Assembly: GCA_010015585.1 (NCBI GenBank)
Contig: ML975156.1
Direction: 5' to 3' (one strand)
From: Eremomyces bilateralis CBS 781.70
Lineage: Eukaryota
Length of the DNA: 64,000 nt
Shown here: piece after piece, positions 1-13,606 of the stretch
How positions within the stretch are numbered: the stretch's first letter is position 1
How the letters are laid out: every line of letters begins with the position of its first letter
Notes under the pieces: generated by a model
Databases searched by the model: none
What the model was told of the DNA's origin: nothing
Seen by the model: the letters and a program-made list of their open reading frames with translations, nothing else
Translations under genes and position numbers: made by a program

Positions 1-2626
1 TTGCAAGAGACTGATGGTGACCTCAACAACACCATCGAGAGGATCACAGAGGGTGAGTTCGCTGGACACGCCATTGAAGTCGTTGCTAATTATTGTAGGA
101 ACTATGTCACAGTTCAACGACGTCAAAAAGAAAACCAAAGATCGATCTCGATCGAAGGTCAACGACGCAACGCCCGCTTCAATCGAATCGAGCAATACAT
201 CACGTCCTTCGCGAGGGAAATCTTCCCATGATGCACCCCATCGTGCTCGATCTTCGGCTCCGCGTAGCCGCGGTGCCCCTCGTGGTCGCGGCGGGCATTC
301 TTCGACCACCGGCACCCGACCACCGCCAGAACCTGTCTCCGTTCCAACAAACGAATCTTCCGCCTGGGGAGACCCGATTCCAGTTGCCGACACGGATGAT
401 ACTACGTGGGAGAAGACTAGCGAAACCGCGGAGCCTACTGTGGCTCCTAAGACGTATGAGCCGCCCAAGACGTGGGCAAGCATGTTCGCCAAACCCAAAC
501 CCACTCCTACATCAACAAAGAAGACTGCTCCCGAGCAAGTGCCTGTCAAACCCACAGGCTCTGCCGCGGAAGAAGTAGCTGAGCAGAATGGCCTGATTGA
601 CGCGGGTACTGCGGCTGATGTGACCTTATCAAAGGACACTGTTGATGCGCCCGCCCCGTCCATACCTACTATCGAGACGACCAAACCTAGTGATGTGCCA
701 GTCGCAACCGCACCGGATCTCTTCCCTTCACAGGACAAACTGACTGAGAATAACGTGGAGCATCTCCCCGACACTTCGCATCCTGCGCCGACCGGGACTG
801 CTGCAAGCACTGTGGCTAGCTCCGTGGCGCCCTCGGTTAATCAAGCCGTTGGTCGAACCCCGGTGACAGGCTATTCTGCGGTTGCGATGAAAGCGGCTGG
901 AATTGCAGGAAGAAGCGCGAGCTTTACACGTCGTGTCCAGGAACAACAGGAGGCCGTCGTCATGCCGGGCAACCATCCTATCGACCGGGCAACGGTCCAG
1001 TTTGGCAGTCTAGGGTTGAACGGTGATTCGGAAGCCTTGGATGTCGATGACGAACGTGAGGAATTAGAGACGCGTGCTCAACCGCCTCAACATTCTCCCG
1101 TAACTCAACCTCGAACGGCCTTACCACCTTCCCGGCAATTCCCTGCGCAGAACGAGCCATCCATTCAACCTGGCTTGCCCACACCAAAGCAAACGTCGAG
1201 TCTTCCACAGCCTAACCAGATTCCACCCCAATCGATTGCCGCCCAGCAGGGTGTTCCGCAGCCGGGTCCGAGCCAACAGTACAGCCAATTCGGTCGATAC
1301 GGACAGGCGACTACCCAGCCTGAACTGCCTTCACAGCAGAAAGCGTACGATCCGTTCGGACCGCCTCAAAGCCAGCAAAGCGCCTTTGAGCAATTCCAGA
1401 ACCAAACAACTCAGGCCCAACAAAGCCAGGCTCACGCCGGGCCCCAGGTGTCTGCCTCATCCGATTATCCCAACTACTACGCCTCTGAACAATCGCGCGG
1501 TTCGCAACAGAACTACTATGGAGCTCCCTATGGCCAGCAGCCATCTTCACAGCAAGATTCGGGAGCCACCCAACAACGTACCGGAAGCGCTTTCGGTGTT
1601 GCTCCCTCAGACTCGTCGTTTGGGACTAGCCAAGCGCCACAGGTAAGCATTGACTCTTCACTTTCTCCGTAACCCGATTTACCCATTCCAAACCCTTTGC
1701 GCACCAGCGGTCATTATTGCAGGCACTGACGGCAGTTCATTTAGGCACCGAGCCGTTATGGCGAACCTCAGACCAGCGGACAAAATACCCCGAATCCGAC
1801 CATCTCTGGTCAGCAGAACATGGGTTCTCAATCCCACCAATCCCAACATGCGCCTCAACCCCATCAACAGAATCAATATGGAAGTGGCGCACCTTTCGGC
1901 AACCCATACTACAACAGTCATTACTACAACGCCTACATGAACCAGTTTGGCGGTTTCCAAGGTGGATATGGGCCGTACGGCAAGAGCGGAATGTACGGGC
2001 AACCGCACCACAATTATGGCATGTCTCCGCAGACGTCATACGACCAACATTCCTCATCTCCCGGTACCATGGCTGGATTTGGACAGTCAAGCATGCATGG
2101 TCGTGAGGGCATGTCCGGAGGTTTGAGTGAATACTCGCGAACCGGGTCATCCCAACCTCCCAACCAACAGCACTCGAATAGCGGATTTGGAGCGGCTCCA
2201 GATGTCTTTAGCCGATCCCAGGTGGGATTCCCAAGCCAAGCACAGTACGGGCAGCAAGGAAGTGGACCGAGTGGTAGTGATGATGCTCTGAAGGCCTATA
2301 CGGAAAGCAAAGGAACGTCTGGTCCTAGTCAGGCTGCCCTTGGACAACCGGGACGTCCGAATTCGGCCACCAACACCGCTCCCGGCCAAACCAATCCTTC
2401 GGGACTCCCTCCCACCCAATCCAATCAACAAGGATTTGGAGGTTATCCGAACCATGTGAACATGCAGGGTGGCCAGGGTGGACAGGCTCAGTACGGCGGA
2501 CTTTCCGGTCTCGGTGGCCACCAGGGGGCCCAGAATAACCAGAGTGGATACGGCGGCTACGGATCTGGCTTTGGGTCTTATGGGGGATACCGTGGAGGAT
2601 GGGGCAGCAATTACTCCGGTCATTGA
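1..2626 (+). CDS. DEF1: RNA polymerase II degradation factor 1 (5' end lies outside the window)
   Basis: The first exon ends a CUE-like motif (LQETDGDLNNTIERITEG). Introns at 53-98 and 1643-1744 join it to ORFs 14..1672 and 1820..2626. Conserved block EQQEAVVMPGNHPIDRATVQFGSLGL; long Q/G/S/Y-rich low-complexity C-terminus. Confidence 0.85.
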
Positions 2627-3221
2627 AGGAGTGAACCAGTGGGAAGCGGCATTTCGCTCGGGGTTCGTTCTCGATGAAGGATTCATAGGTTATTCGCGTC
2701 AGGTTCGGGTTATATCATCTCTCCCGGCCAGACTGAGTGGAAGTTCTCTGGTCGACGCAGGCTTTTTCGGTTGACTTCATGGCAGTCAGGTATAAAGGTA
2801 GTCTCAGCTCAGCTCTAATTCAATTGAGTTGTTACCTTCGGGCTGGAAATCCGGTACTCGATGGGACTCCTTGATATCGCAGTCACTGCACCCGGTATGC
2901 TATATGTGATTGCAACTCTAAGCCAATCCATACCGTATTCGTATTGAGCAGCTCGATTTGACTGAACCGATGATAACTATTCCGCCTAATTTCCTTGCGA
3001 CGACAATAGATCCATTCCTTCACGACCAGCCCTCGGAGACTGTCATGACCATAGGAGACCCAAATGCTAGAGGATTAATCCGCAGTCCAATTCACGTTTC
3101 TACCAGTTGAATTCCCAAACGCCATGATCGCCATGCACGTAAAAACAGGCCGACGACACGGCACTTGTGCTGCGCCAAAATCCCACACCATTGTTATACA
3201 AGTTCGACGGCTGCTTGAGCA

Positions 3222-3939
3222 TCATGAGTCCGCTGTGACAGTTTGCTAGCAGGTATTAGCCGAGTTGTTCAAGAAAGTAAGATGCCCAGTTGCTAAGCAA
3301 AGAGAGCTCACCGCCAGCCAATCCATCCCTTCATCCACCCCTCTTCCATCGATGGCACTGCATGCAACGATACTCCAATTTCGATCCTTCAAGTCACCGA
3401 GCCTTAACGCCTCTGATATCTCCCCTGCACCTTTCGCACCCGGTTGGTCCTGTTTGTTTGCGAACACCAATAATGCCGCATCTCGCAGTTCCTCTTCGGC
3501 CAACATGGCTGCCAGCTCTTCTTGTGCGGTAGAAAGGCGATCGAGATCGGTGCTATCGATGACGAAGATGACGGCAGCAGTGTTCGCGTAATAACAGCGC
3601 CAATACGGCCGTATCGACGTTTGGCCTCCGAGGTCCTGGTAGATTGTTGGGTCAGAACTTGAAGGGTGACGAATGCAACGTGTGCAAAACTTACCCAGAC
3701 GTTGAAGTTGAGCTTTCCATAGGTCACACTCTCCACGTTGAAGCCGATAGTAGGAATTGTAGAGACCACTTCCCCAATCTTTAATCGGTAAAGCAGAGTC
3801 GTTTTCCCGGCGTTGTCCTGTCTGGATCAGCATCCAATGCTACTCACGGAGAGAATAGGCCTACCAGTCCGAGTATTAAGATGCGGATCTCCTTCTTAGC
3901 CCATATAACGGACATTATCCTTGACCAGCTGCCCCCCAT
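3222..3939 (-). CDS. ARL1: ADP-ribosylation factor-like GTPase Arl1 (multi-exon)
   Basis: Starts [25 protein letters not shown] at 3939. Motifs [28 protein letters not shown] and ANKQD are split by short introns. The last exon QTVTADS* ends at 3222. Confidence 0.92.
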
Positions 3940-4688
3940 TGTGTCTCGTCTGGGTTCGGTCCGAAGAAGATGTGGTATCGAGTCGTCGAGAGTGAGATGT
4001 GTTAAATGGTGACGACAGAGTTAATGTGTGCTGTCGGATTGGTAATGGACCGAGCGAAGCCAACGATTCAAGTTGTAAGCAATCTTAGGGCAAAGATATG
4101 GGAGGTATATATTGATTATTGAATAGGCTGCAGTTTGTTTTGAACTGGAAATATTGGTTGAGGATGAGGACGTATTATTACTTCTAGAGTTACGACATTT
4201 TGTTAGAATCCGAATCCCGGATGTTGTCCGAACCTCCCACCAATTTGGTGAACTGCACGTGCCTCTCCACAGCGTCAATAACTCAATATCGGACCAGTGG
4301 TGTACTAAAGGGGAGGTAAGCAAGTCCTCCATCAAACACCAATGATTACTTCATGTTCTGAGATTACGTATCCGAAGTTGAATCATAGCAAGGTGATATT
4401 TTATATTTCGATTCTAGGAAGTGTGATAAAGCTGGGTACTTGGACATCATCGGAGTATCTGTTCAGATAGATATCCTTGAACAATCAATCATCTTCACTA
4501 CTCTCAGAACTGGCAATGAAATGTCGATTCATTGTGCAAGAAACTAACCATCATATATGACCAGCGAGCTCGCGTTTTAGGATAATAGAACTGCCCGATT
4601 GGGTATGGTGAGCAGCGCAGTGTAAGTTCCCAAACTCTCCTCCATAGTATATAAAAGCATTGCCATTTCGCATTTGATTCGTCAATAC

Positions 4689-7307
4689 TCAGTAAACCTC
4701 CCAATTGAAGTCATCCTCACGACCGGTAAACCTTGTCCCACTTCTATCCTTTCCGTGAAAATAGTTGGAGTCCAACACTTCCTCATCCACTCCACAGTGA
4801 TCCTGTTTATCCCTTCCTCGAAACCACCCTAGTCCATATGTCTTCCCAATCCGCTCCAACCATTCCGTCATTTCCTTGGAGTTGAGTTCCTCGGTGTTCG
4901 TGAAGTCCGGATCCAACATCTTACTTTGATGCACAAACGCAAGGACGGATGCGATCGTCCCCGGTTGCCGGGGAAGGAAGGGGTGGCGCCGGTACACGTA
5001 CACCAAGGTTGCGATCACACTGAGCGAGAGAAGGATGAACTCCGCTAGGGCAAAGGATCCCCAAAAGCTGCGGAAAGTCTCCCCGCTATTGAACTGATCG
5101 CTATCTGGCGGGACGCCGGTTTTGCCAGCGCTCGCTTGGTTTTGACCCACGAAGAAATTTTTCCCATCCACGTTGAATGACGAGACAACCACCGTAAGGA
5201 CCTCGCACATGATCGCTCCTAGACCGACAACGGAAACGAGAATGTGACCGTTAAGGGCGGCTTTGATAATAATCCAGCCAGGGATCGTGCCGGTGTAGTC
5301 CAGCGTCAGCGTCCGGCCGGGTGCCTGCCGTCGGGAGAGGATGTAATACGGTTCGATCACGCGGACGTCGCAGTCGAATGTAGTCCACACCAGTTTGATG
5401 AGAGTCGCGAGAAGGGTGAGAAACCAAGGCAGTTTTTCCGTGACCACGTTTGCGCCAGGTACAAACATCAGGGCTGGAATGAGACCGCCGAATAGGAGGA
5501 GACACACGATATACAGGATCCCCGCGGCTAAGCGAAGCATCCTCGGATGAGGGTTTTCCAATCGGGATGGCGGTGCCGTTTCCGTTTTGACTCTCTCGCC
5601 TTGCCAGAGACAGCTGCGATAGAGTTTGTAGCGCCGATGTTGCAGTCGCTTATGGATGACATGATTCGGAGCGGTATCGAGTTCATGAAAGTCGTTCAAG
5701 ACATGGCTTTTGGTAGCCATGGAGGCCACTCCGGCGATTCCTTTGGGGTCGGATTGGAGTCCTGACTTCCGCCGCAGTTGAAAGATCAAAGCAGTCCCGC
5801 ACAAGGCCACGACGATAAGGAATGCGGTAACAGCGCGAGACCAAGGCGCATCGATCCGAACGAATTTCGGCTCTCCTTCTTTACGGTCTTCTTTTCGAGG
5901 TTCGAGATTAAATGATGCTGATTGCAAAACAGGAACCAGAGAACTAGCCAAAAGATATCCGATCGATGACAGAAGTACGGCCCATTGACGGTGTCGAATG
6001 GCTTTGACTGGTGTTAAGTAGGAAAAGAACGTAAGGTAATCCATATTCAGCGACTCAGCAGCCGTGGCTCCGCCTTCTTTGCTCAACTGGTAGTAGGGTT
6101 CTAAACGTTTGACTTCATAGTCGGTTATCTGCCACCCCACACCGTACGTCACAAGGACTAAGGTTGGCACATATTTCCAGGTGAAAAATAACCATGTAGG
6201 AATCTCGTCGGGGGTTATAAATGTGATAATCCCCTTATTGGTCTTCTCTCTTTGCATGCTCAGTTGGCACAGATATTCTTGAAGACCCGCGAAACCGAGA
6301 GCGATCATTGTCAATACCGCAATGTATTGCCATCGCATACTTACCGGTTTCCAGTTGGGTTTCTCACTTTCCGCGGTTGGAAAGAAGTAACTCGCACTGC
6401 TTTCATCCCGATCTCTCAAGCTCTCCGATTCCTGATTGGGTCCGCTGTAATCCCCACCATGGAAACCGATGTCCATGACCGCAACCACGGCTCCAGTCTC
6501 ATTCGCCTTTTCTTGGGCAGCGTTTCGTGTCTCAACGTTGGTCGCCGAGGTACCCCGACGGCGAATGACCTGCTGATCAACGAACGGTTGGTCGAGAATA
6601 GATGTCATCGCCTCACCAATTGCGCCTCCACCCGTGCGCTCATTATTTTCAAGCCGGTAATACTCTTCTGCAAGTGCCGTCTCCGCAGTTGGTTCGCCCG
6701 CCGGATCCCGCGCTTGCCCGAGTCCATGTTCTCCCCTTGCTTCTGTAGGACTCAAAGGACGAAGGCTAATCGGACCCTCGAACCCTGAAACATCAAAACC
6801 GATATCGTCCACCTCCCTTTCTTCCTCCACGTCCCGCAATCTGATATGATCGTCATCACCATGGTTCGTTATGACCCCATATCTCGACTGCCTTGCCGTT
6901 CGAAGCGAAGTAATCCTTTTCAGGAGACTGGGTCTCCTTGACGTGGCTGGGGGATTATTCTGGTAACTGGTGGGCTGGTAGGACGTATTCTCGGAGAAGG
7001 AGGGCGGAGGAGGGGCGTCGGGGACACGGTATGCTGGTTGAGAAGCTGGCAGCAAGGGGCTTGGTATGGATGTTCTGCGAGGTGAGTTGCGATCCAAATA
7101 GGAGGATTCAAGCGGTGACGCGATTGAAGGTGGCCGGGAGGGGAAATGGGTGGACCCAGGTGACCCAGGTTGTCGGTGGATTGTGTCGTAGGGATTGCTC
7201 GTGGATGAGGCAGATGGAGGGCTGATACGGCCACTTGATGAGTCTCGATTATTGCGGTGAGTATGCTGAGGGGTTCCTACCCGCAGCACGGGAGGAACAT
7301 TGTCCAT
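4689..7307 (-). CDS. Multi-pass membrane protein, DUF3433-like
   Basis: One long ORF, likely ATG at 7307 (MDNVPP). Disordered N-terminus, then two repeated TM modules (D.EVKRLEPYYQLS...SLNMDY and DCDVRVIEPYYILS...TLTLDY) and a PGTIASVLAF motif. Confidence 0.75.
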   Translation of the reverse strand: MDNVPPVLRVGTPQHTHRNNRDSSSGRISPPSASSTSNPYDTIHRQPGSPGSTHFPSRPPSIASPLESSYLDRNSPRRTSIPSPLLPASQPAYRVPDAPPPPSFSENTSYQPTSYQNNPPATSRRPSLLKRITSLRTARQSRYGVITNHGDDDHIRLRDVEEEREVDDIGFDVSGFEGPISLRPLSPTEARGEHGLGQARDPAGEPTAETALAEEYYRLENNERTGGGAIGEAMTSILDQPFVDQQVIRRRGTSATNVETRNAAQEKANETGAVVAVMDIGFHGGDYSGPNQESESLRDRDESSASYFFPTAESEKPNWKPVSMRWQYIAVLTMIALGFAGLQEYLCQLSMQREKTNKGIITFITPDEIPTWLFFTWKYVPTLVLVTYGVGWQITDYEVKRLEPYYQLSKEGGATAAESLNMDYLTFFSYLTPVKAIRHRQWAVLLSSIGYLLASSLVPVLQSASFNLEPRKEDRKEGEPKFVRIDAPWSRAVTAFLIVVALCGTALIFQLRRKSGLQSDPKGIAGVASMATKSHVLNDFHELDTAPNHVIHKRLQHRRYKLYRSCLWQGERVKTETAPPSRLENPHPRMLRLAAGILYIVCLLLFGGLIPALMFVPGANVVTEKLPWFLTLLATLIKLVWTTFDCDVRVIEPYYILSRRQAPGRTLTLDYTGTIPGWIIIKAALNGHILVSVVGLGAIMCEVLTVVVSSFNVDGKNFFVGQNQASAGKTGVPPDSDQFNSGETFRSFWGSFALAEFILLSLSVIATLVYVYRRHPFLPRQPGTIASVLAFVHQSKMLDPDFTNTEELNSKEMTEWLERIGKTYGLGWFRGRDKQDHCGVDEEVLDSNYFHGKDRSGTRFTGREDDFNWEVY

Positions 7308-9883
7308 TTTCGTGTCCCCGGGTGAAACCTTCCAAGGCTTGTGTCGTAACGACAAGATGGATTCAAGGCATATCCAAAACGTGTGGCCAGGAAAGTATCT
7401 CTGAAATGCGATAAACTGTTCGAGGAACGAGCGACGTTTTGTTGGTAGCACCCGGTGACTAGATACTGTAATGATTGAACATCGGGAGATATGTCGCACC
7501 CTGAAGGGAGATCAGAAGCACATCGTGGTCGGATAGAAATCGGCCTCAAGTTATAGACAAGACATTAACGATTAGCGCGTGAAGGCGACAACTATGCGAA
7601 CCAGAAATATAGATATAGATTGTCATTCCAAGAGATAATGAATCGGCGACTTTTGGCGGAAGGTGAAGTTATTGGGAGACAGAACAGTCGACAGCGCATG
7701 GACAGCTAGAAACAGTCGCAGTTCAGCCTCATTGGCGAAACCGAGATGGGCGAGATCCGGTCAGCCTTACAGAGTATTATTGACTGGGGTATTGAATTCG
7801 GTAACTAGTAACTTTGAAAGCAATAAACCGGGGGAAGAATCCATATTGCGTGATGCGTCCGATATGGATCAGATTCCTTCGCGCCCATGACACGTACATA
7901 TCAGTCGCGTCGCTCCACATATGGAGAACCTCACCATTTCTTTCCTCTCTTTTTCTGCTGCCATGTACGGAATATTATTATCGGATTGTATCTGCATCGA
8001 CTTCGCTGCTTTCTTTGGCGAGGTTCAGGGTCTTTGATGATTGGAGTCTATAAATAGTAGCGGTAAAGCTCCTGGATAGGAGGGTAATTCCTCGGGTCAT
8101 CGATTCTCCCGCGCGTACTTGTTAACTTGTAGGGTGGCTGCTTTCCCCTGACAGCAGGACTTGACATTTCATCCAACCATGCCGTTCCGATTCGGTTCGA
8201 TGTCGTTCGATGTGGTTGCATTGTTGATTTCCAAATGCACGCCCGTTCTTCCGAGCCCCTGAGATGGCTGAGCTGAACAGTAGGCGTTGATGAGTGGGTC
8301 TAGAGATTCAAAATGTAGTGCCTTGATTGGTACCTCGGAGGCTCGGACATCCATCTTTTAACTTTATTGCCTACCGTGCCTACCCAACTCTCTAGTTACA
8401 TGTACCAATCTGTCGCGCCAGGCAATGCTTCACGGTTTAACTTCGTCCTGTATTCTTGGCGTGTGGGGTTTCCGTATCGTGGATGAAATTGATCGAACTG
8501 TGCCTTTGACATCCTCATCCAGGCCCTAGAACCAGAGACATATCAGCCCCCATTCAAACCAAGCATACCCACGAAGCTTCCAAGGGATACCCATTTGACG
8601 GCCTTCCCTAGTTGAGTCCGACAGTTATCTCTTTTAGGTCCGATCGCTTTACTCATGCTGGTAGCGAATGAAACAAACCAGCTTCTTTCGATAAGCGAAC
8701 GACCGTATACAGTTTCTCCACATGAGGTTTCATTTCTTCCAGGAGAGCACTTACCTGAGCGTTCAATGACAGTCCTGTTTCCTAACTGCCCGGCGCCATC
8801 GGTGAATTCGGTGCTCTCGGCAACCGCACGACTACGATGTTGTACTAGATAGACTAATCCAGAGGACGGTCTGAAGCCAACATCTCCGCGCATTATCAAC
8901 TATCTTGGACCGACACTACCGCAGCTGTGTCATGTTGGCTGCTGTGACCACAGCAGGCCTCTTCTATGATTTCAGCCTGGGACTCAAAGCCGGGAACGAA
9001 ATTACCAAGCTCGGCATGGGACACATTTAAGTTGAGTTTGGAATACTAGATTGAAGTATCCAGGATATCAGATGGTCCTTCACCTTTGGCGTCCGCCCCT
9101 AGGCTCCTGAAATGGAGAATCGAATCGTAAATAGGATCTAGGATCTGGTGGGATGGCTTTACGTTGTGAGATTTCGAACAGTACGAAATATTATCAGGAG
9201 ATATTGTATGAACTGATGAACTTGATGATCTCGTAACTAACTTGATTCAAGTTGCGTACGCATCGTGGTTGATGTTTGAGATATCTCGTGTTTTGTCGTC
9301 TCGAGATAGGGAATGCGGTTGGATGAGCTGCATTCCGTCCTACCAGATTCGCAAGAGTGTTTAGTTTGAATTAGATTGGGCGAGGTCCAAGCAGAAGAAT
9401 CCGAGGCAAGAGAATGTTGAATTCTCGCTCCATGACTCTCATCGATGCTCCTATACCTTCCCGCTATATACTACTCGTTTCCCACCTTCATGAATGGCAT
9501 GATGCCATGATCCAGCTCCGGCGGGGCGTTTCCCGGAGTAGAAAGGTAGAGAGTCCTAACCACATCCTTCCCCTTTTCATAACATTCAAGCTTTAGATCG
9601 CGAAAAGAAGTCGGTCTGTTGTAGACGAAAGCAGAACGATTAGACCGTTGAGGAGATGAAGGAGTGGAAGACTAACTACTTACATGACTATGGAATTAGT
9701 TTCCTTATCGCGTTACCTCACAGATTTGACTCAATTCTATTACTGTCCTTTTGAATCTCCCATCATGGTTTCTGCGGTTCTATTCCAAGGAAATCTATCC
9801 ATGACATCCTATATGTTCAACATACCTAGAGGCACCTTTTACGGACAGTAATTCAATCAATCTTTCCGTCGATGCGTACAACC

Positions 9884-11872
9884 ATGGCATCACGAGTCGA
9901 ACGCGACAATTCAGGTCTTTTGGTGACAACCGCGTCCCGAAATGCTCTTTCAAGTCGTCCTCGGCGCCCCTGTGACGCGTGTCGAAAACGGAAGAGTCGA
10001 TGCGAGCTTCATGAGGGAGAACCAGAATGTGTATTGTGCCAATTCCATCATCAGCCTTGCACTTTTTTAGAAGATCCGCAGCCGCGAAAAAAGCGAAGAG
10101 TTAGCAAGAGTCCCATATCGGAAAATGGTGTCAAATCACCAAATGACCCTCTTTCGGGCCATGGTCAAGAATCGCGGTCAATCGGATCGCAACCTGGTCC
10201 CGTATCAAATGCTATTCGCCAACAGCACCTCGTTGAGGATTATGCCACTTTGAAAGGACCATCACTTCTAAAACAAACGTTGGGTTTACAGAATCACCGT
10301 CACAGTGCCCTAGTTACCGCCTCTTCCGTTTTTGATCCTAAGCTCTTGGAACTCGGAGGGTTTCAAAGTATAGAGGACATTGCCATTGGCAGCTCCGTTC
10401 TGCGAAAAGTTGCGGATAGAGTCGGTTTTCTGCTGACACCCGATCATGGGACAAGAAATTGCGATCAAGAGGTGGATGATCTTGACTCTATTGGAACCAT
10501 CGTCTCTCCTCATGGGCAGGCATTAATAAACATATACTTCCGAATCGTTCACCCCAGCTTCCCTGTACTTCACAAGAAAGTCTTCCTCGAGAAATATTCT
10601 CGTACCCATCGAGAGTTCTCTCCACCACTTCTCGCAGCTGTCTGCATCCTGGCCCTGAACTGGTGGACGTATAGCTCAGAACTCGCCCTACTTCCGAAAC
10701 CAGACCTTCCTCGCCTGGAAGAGATTGCTCTAAAAGCTATGGGTGATGTTGTCCACCGCCCAAAGCTATCCATGATCCAGGCAGGCCTTCTTTTGCTTCA
10801 GCGACCAAATGGGGAATCGTGGTTACTCGTCTCAAATCTGGTAGCATTGGGCCAAGAGTTGGGTTTACATTTGGACTGCTCCCATTGGCAGATCCCTCCG
10901 TGGGAGAAAGGCTTGCGGAAACGTTTAGCTTGGGCATTATATATGCAAGATAAATGGGGTTGTCTGGTCCATGGGCGGCCATCACATATTACAGACGAAG
11001 ACTGGGATGTGACTGAGTTGACTGAAGTCGACTTCCCGGAGCGGGCTGCAGACGAAGACAATGAAGAAGGAAGTACGGAAATGGAAAAGGGTAGGGTTTT
11101 GTTTTGGAAGATGATCGACCTCGCTCGAATATTGGCCGATATCCTCTCCTCCTTCTACTCACTCAAAGCCGATGCGGAACTGCGGCGCAACCTCAAAATT
11201 GACTGGCTACTTGAACATGCTAAACCAATCCAGCTTCAACTGAAAGCATGGTTTACCACCTTACCAGAGGACCTAAAGTTGGCAAACGTTGCAATTCGGA
11301 AGTTGTCTTCTACAGGTACCTCTTCGCCCAAATATCCTTTAGTTTCACGGGTCGACTCACTTCCCTAGGGTACCTCCATCTTGCCTACTACGCAACGGAA
11401 ATAGCACTTCACCGACGCCTGATCTTTTACCTCTCGACTGAACATGACCCGGCCCTGATACAAATATGTCGAGCTGCAGCGCACACTAGGCTAGTCAACG
11501 CGCTCAGGTTTGTCAACAGTCTCCGCCCTGAGCATCTTCAATCATTTTGGTATTCAGCCTCCGCGTACAATTTCGCTCTGATTGCCACCTTCATTGGTCT
11601 TTTATGGGCAACCAGTGAGACAAATGAAGCAGCTGCAATCTACCGTGAAAAACTAGACGAATACCGTTGGGACATTACGGCTTTCAAGCAAGAGCGCGGA
11701 AATCTTCGAGCGGGCCATCAATTTGGCGACGATGAGTACCTTCGTTTTGGTCAGGGCGATTCCGGATAAACCTGGCGCATTTTCGAGATCCAGCGCGGAT
11801 CATAGGATTGACACCGTTGAAGATTTTTCGGGTACAGCAACAATGACGGACCTCCTCGTGGGAGACAACTAG
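9884..11872 (+). CDS. Zn(II)2Cys6 transcription factor, Dal81/TamA-like; apparent +1 frameshift near 11670
   Basis: Zinc cluster CDACRKRKSRC...CVLC...CTF, plus a fungal TF domain (YFRIVHPSFPVL, ELGLHLDC, RKRLAWALYMQDKW). Intron at about 11316-11368, then GYLHLAYY...HLQSFWY. The C-terminal reading continues in the +1 frame after EYRW. Confidence 0.8.
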
Positions 11873-13606
11873 AAAGAGGTGGAAGAATTGCACCATCTAG
11901 CGGCAGTGTCTCATGATCGGCGCTCATTTGAAGCTGGTGTTATAAAGGGTATTCCGAACCTGTTTGATGGCATGAACATGTCGGGTGATGGTGATGTGGG
12001 TATGGTGTGGCCTTCGTAACCACACTCCACCCCGTCTGAGTCTGTAGTCCTCAAAAAGAGTGGAATGGAGGAATGTGGGCTTTCATCGACTCCGCTAGCC
12101 ACTAACTGAAGTTGCGGTCTTCTACACGATGGTATGTCCCACGGGTGACGGAATCCAGGTCGGATAGATCGACGAACTGCGATATACAAGGCGGCGCAGT
12201 ATGGGCTTATTAGAACTCGAAGAACCGGACTTCGCGGAAATCAGCGAGACTAATCAGCTTGTCGAATCCATTACTTTCTAGTCACTTGAGTCAGAATATC
12301 ACAGGTTAACTGCGCATCTTAAAGTCGATGATGCGGTATTGATTTATCACTAAGGCATAAAACCATGAAGTCTCGTGCATGGTGCCGCGGCCAGTCTCTT
12401 CAAACCACCTAGTCAGTGGAAATGACCTTGTCTGAGAAGTATCGATTGATTGCAACATGCACGTCGCCCTCTAAACTTCCACTGCCCAGGTATTTGTCGA
12501 TGACATCCTCAGAAGCTAAAGTGGCTTCAAAGAAGATCTCTCGAAGTAGCTTTGTTGACGGCGGCTTCGGACGTGAACTAAGACTTCGGTACTGGCATTT
12601 TTACGCCTGGGGGTGTGGAGTCCATTCCCTCTGTACTGCTTGAAATACGGTGCAAATGTCCTTTTTCCAACTGCCATTCTCTTCAGCAAAATCCTGGAGA
12701 ACCCAACCATCTGGGTTCATGTTTGATAAGCGTCTTGTGCTGCCATGGAGAATCGACCTGGACTCTCGGGCGTCTTCCCAGGAAAACCTCCAAGTCCCAG
12801 ACTCGGCGTGGTCCTTTTTCTTACCGAACCCCTAATAGCAAACAAACTTTTCCCATTTTCGCATCCGAAACAACGGCGCAAAATAGCCGTGCATCACCTT
12901 CAAAGATGTCTCATGGACTCTCCAGCTCCGCTCCCAAGAGTGACACAGTCGACGATAGCGACGTTGGCTTCACCTCCTTGCGATTCGCGAGGTCCCATCA
13001 TTCTCGTGTGCTCAGTCATCTTCAGCGGGGAACACAGGGACTTGAGGATCTGGATTTGATCCTCAGAGAAGGACATCACGATGACGCCTTTCGCCCATGA
13101 TTTGGTTTTGCTCAGTCTGGCGAGGTTCACCACTAGCTTTAAGATAACAAGTGCCGTCTGAAAATTGTGCCTTGACGGTTGTCGACAGTCGTGATTGGGA
13201 CCCCCAGAGGAAGTCCTTTGATGGCTCGAGTTGTAGGTAGCTGGGAGGGATATGGATCTTGTAGACTGCGATGCTGTCGAATGCATTATCGTATGCAACT
13301 GACCTAGGTGATGACTAGGAATTACTTTACTCGTTAACTAGTTAGCGAAACTTGAAGTAAATTAACTATATCAAAGCACATTAAAATGCAAAATACATCG
13401 CACTTTCCAAAGACTAAAATATAGCGGACTTTGATCCTTTGTCTAAGCAGGCCTTGACAAGAACCATCAGCAGTAGTAGGTGCCCTAACTAGATAGCACA
13501 TTCGTATTAGACCATCCGTTCTCTCATGCAGCTCTCAAAAAAAACATCACACCTGTCTTCCCAAGTTTAGGTGTATCAAAATCCAGACGACGGGCAAAAA
13601 AAAGGT

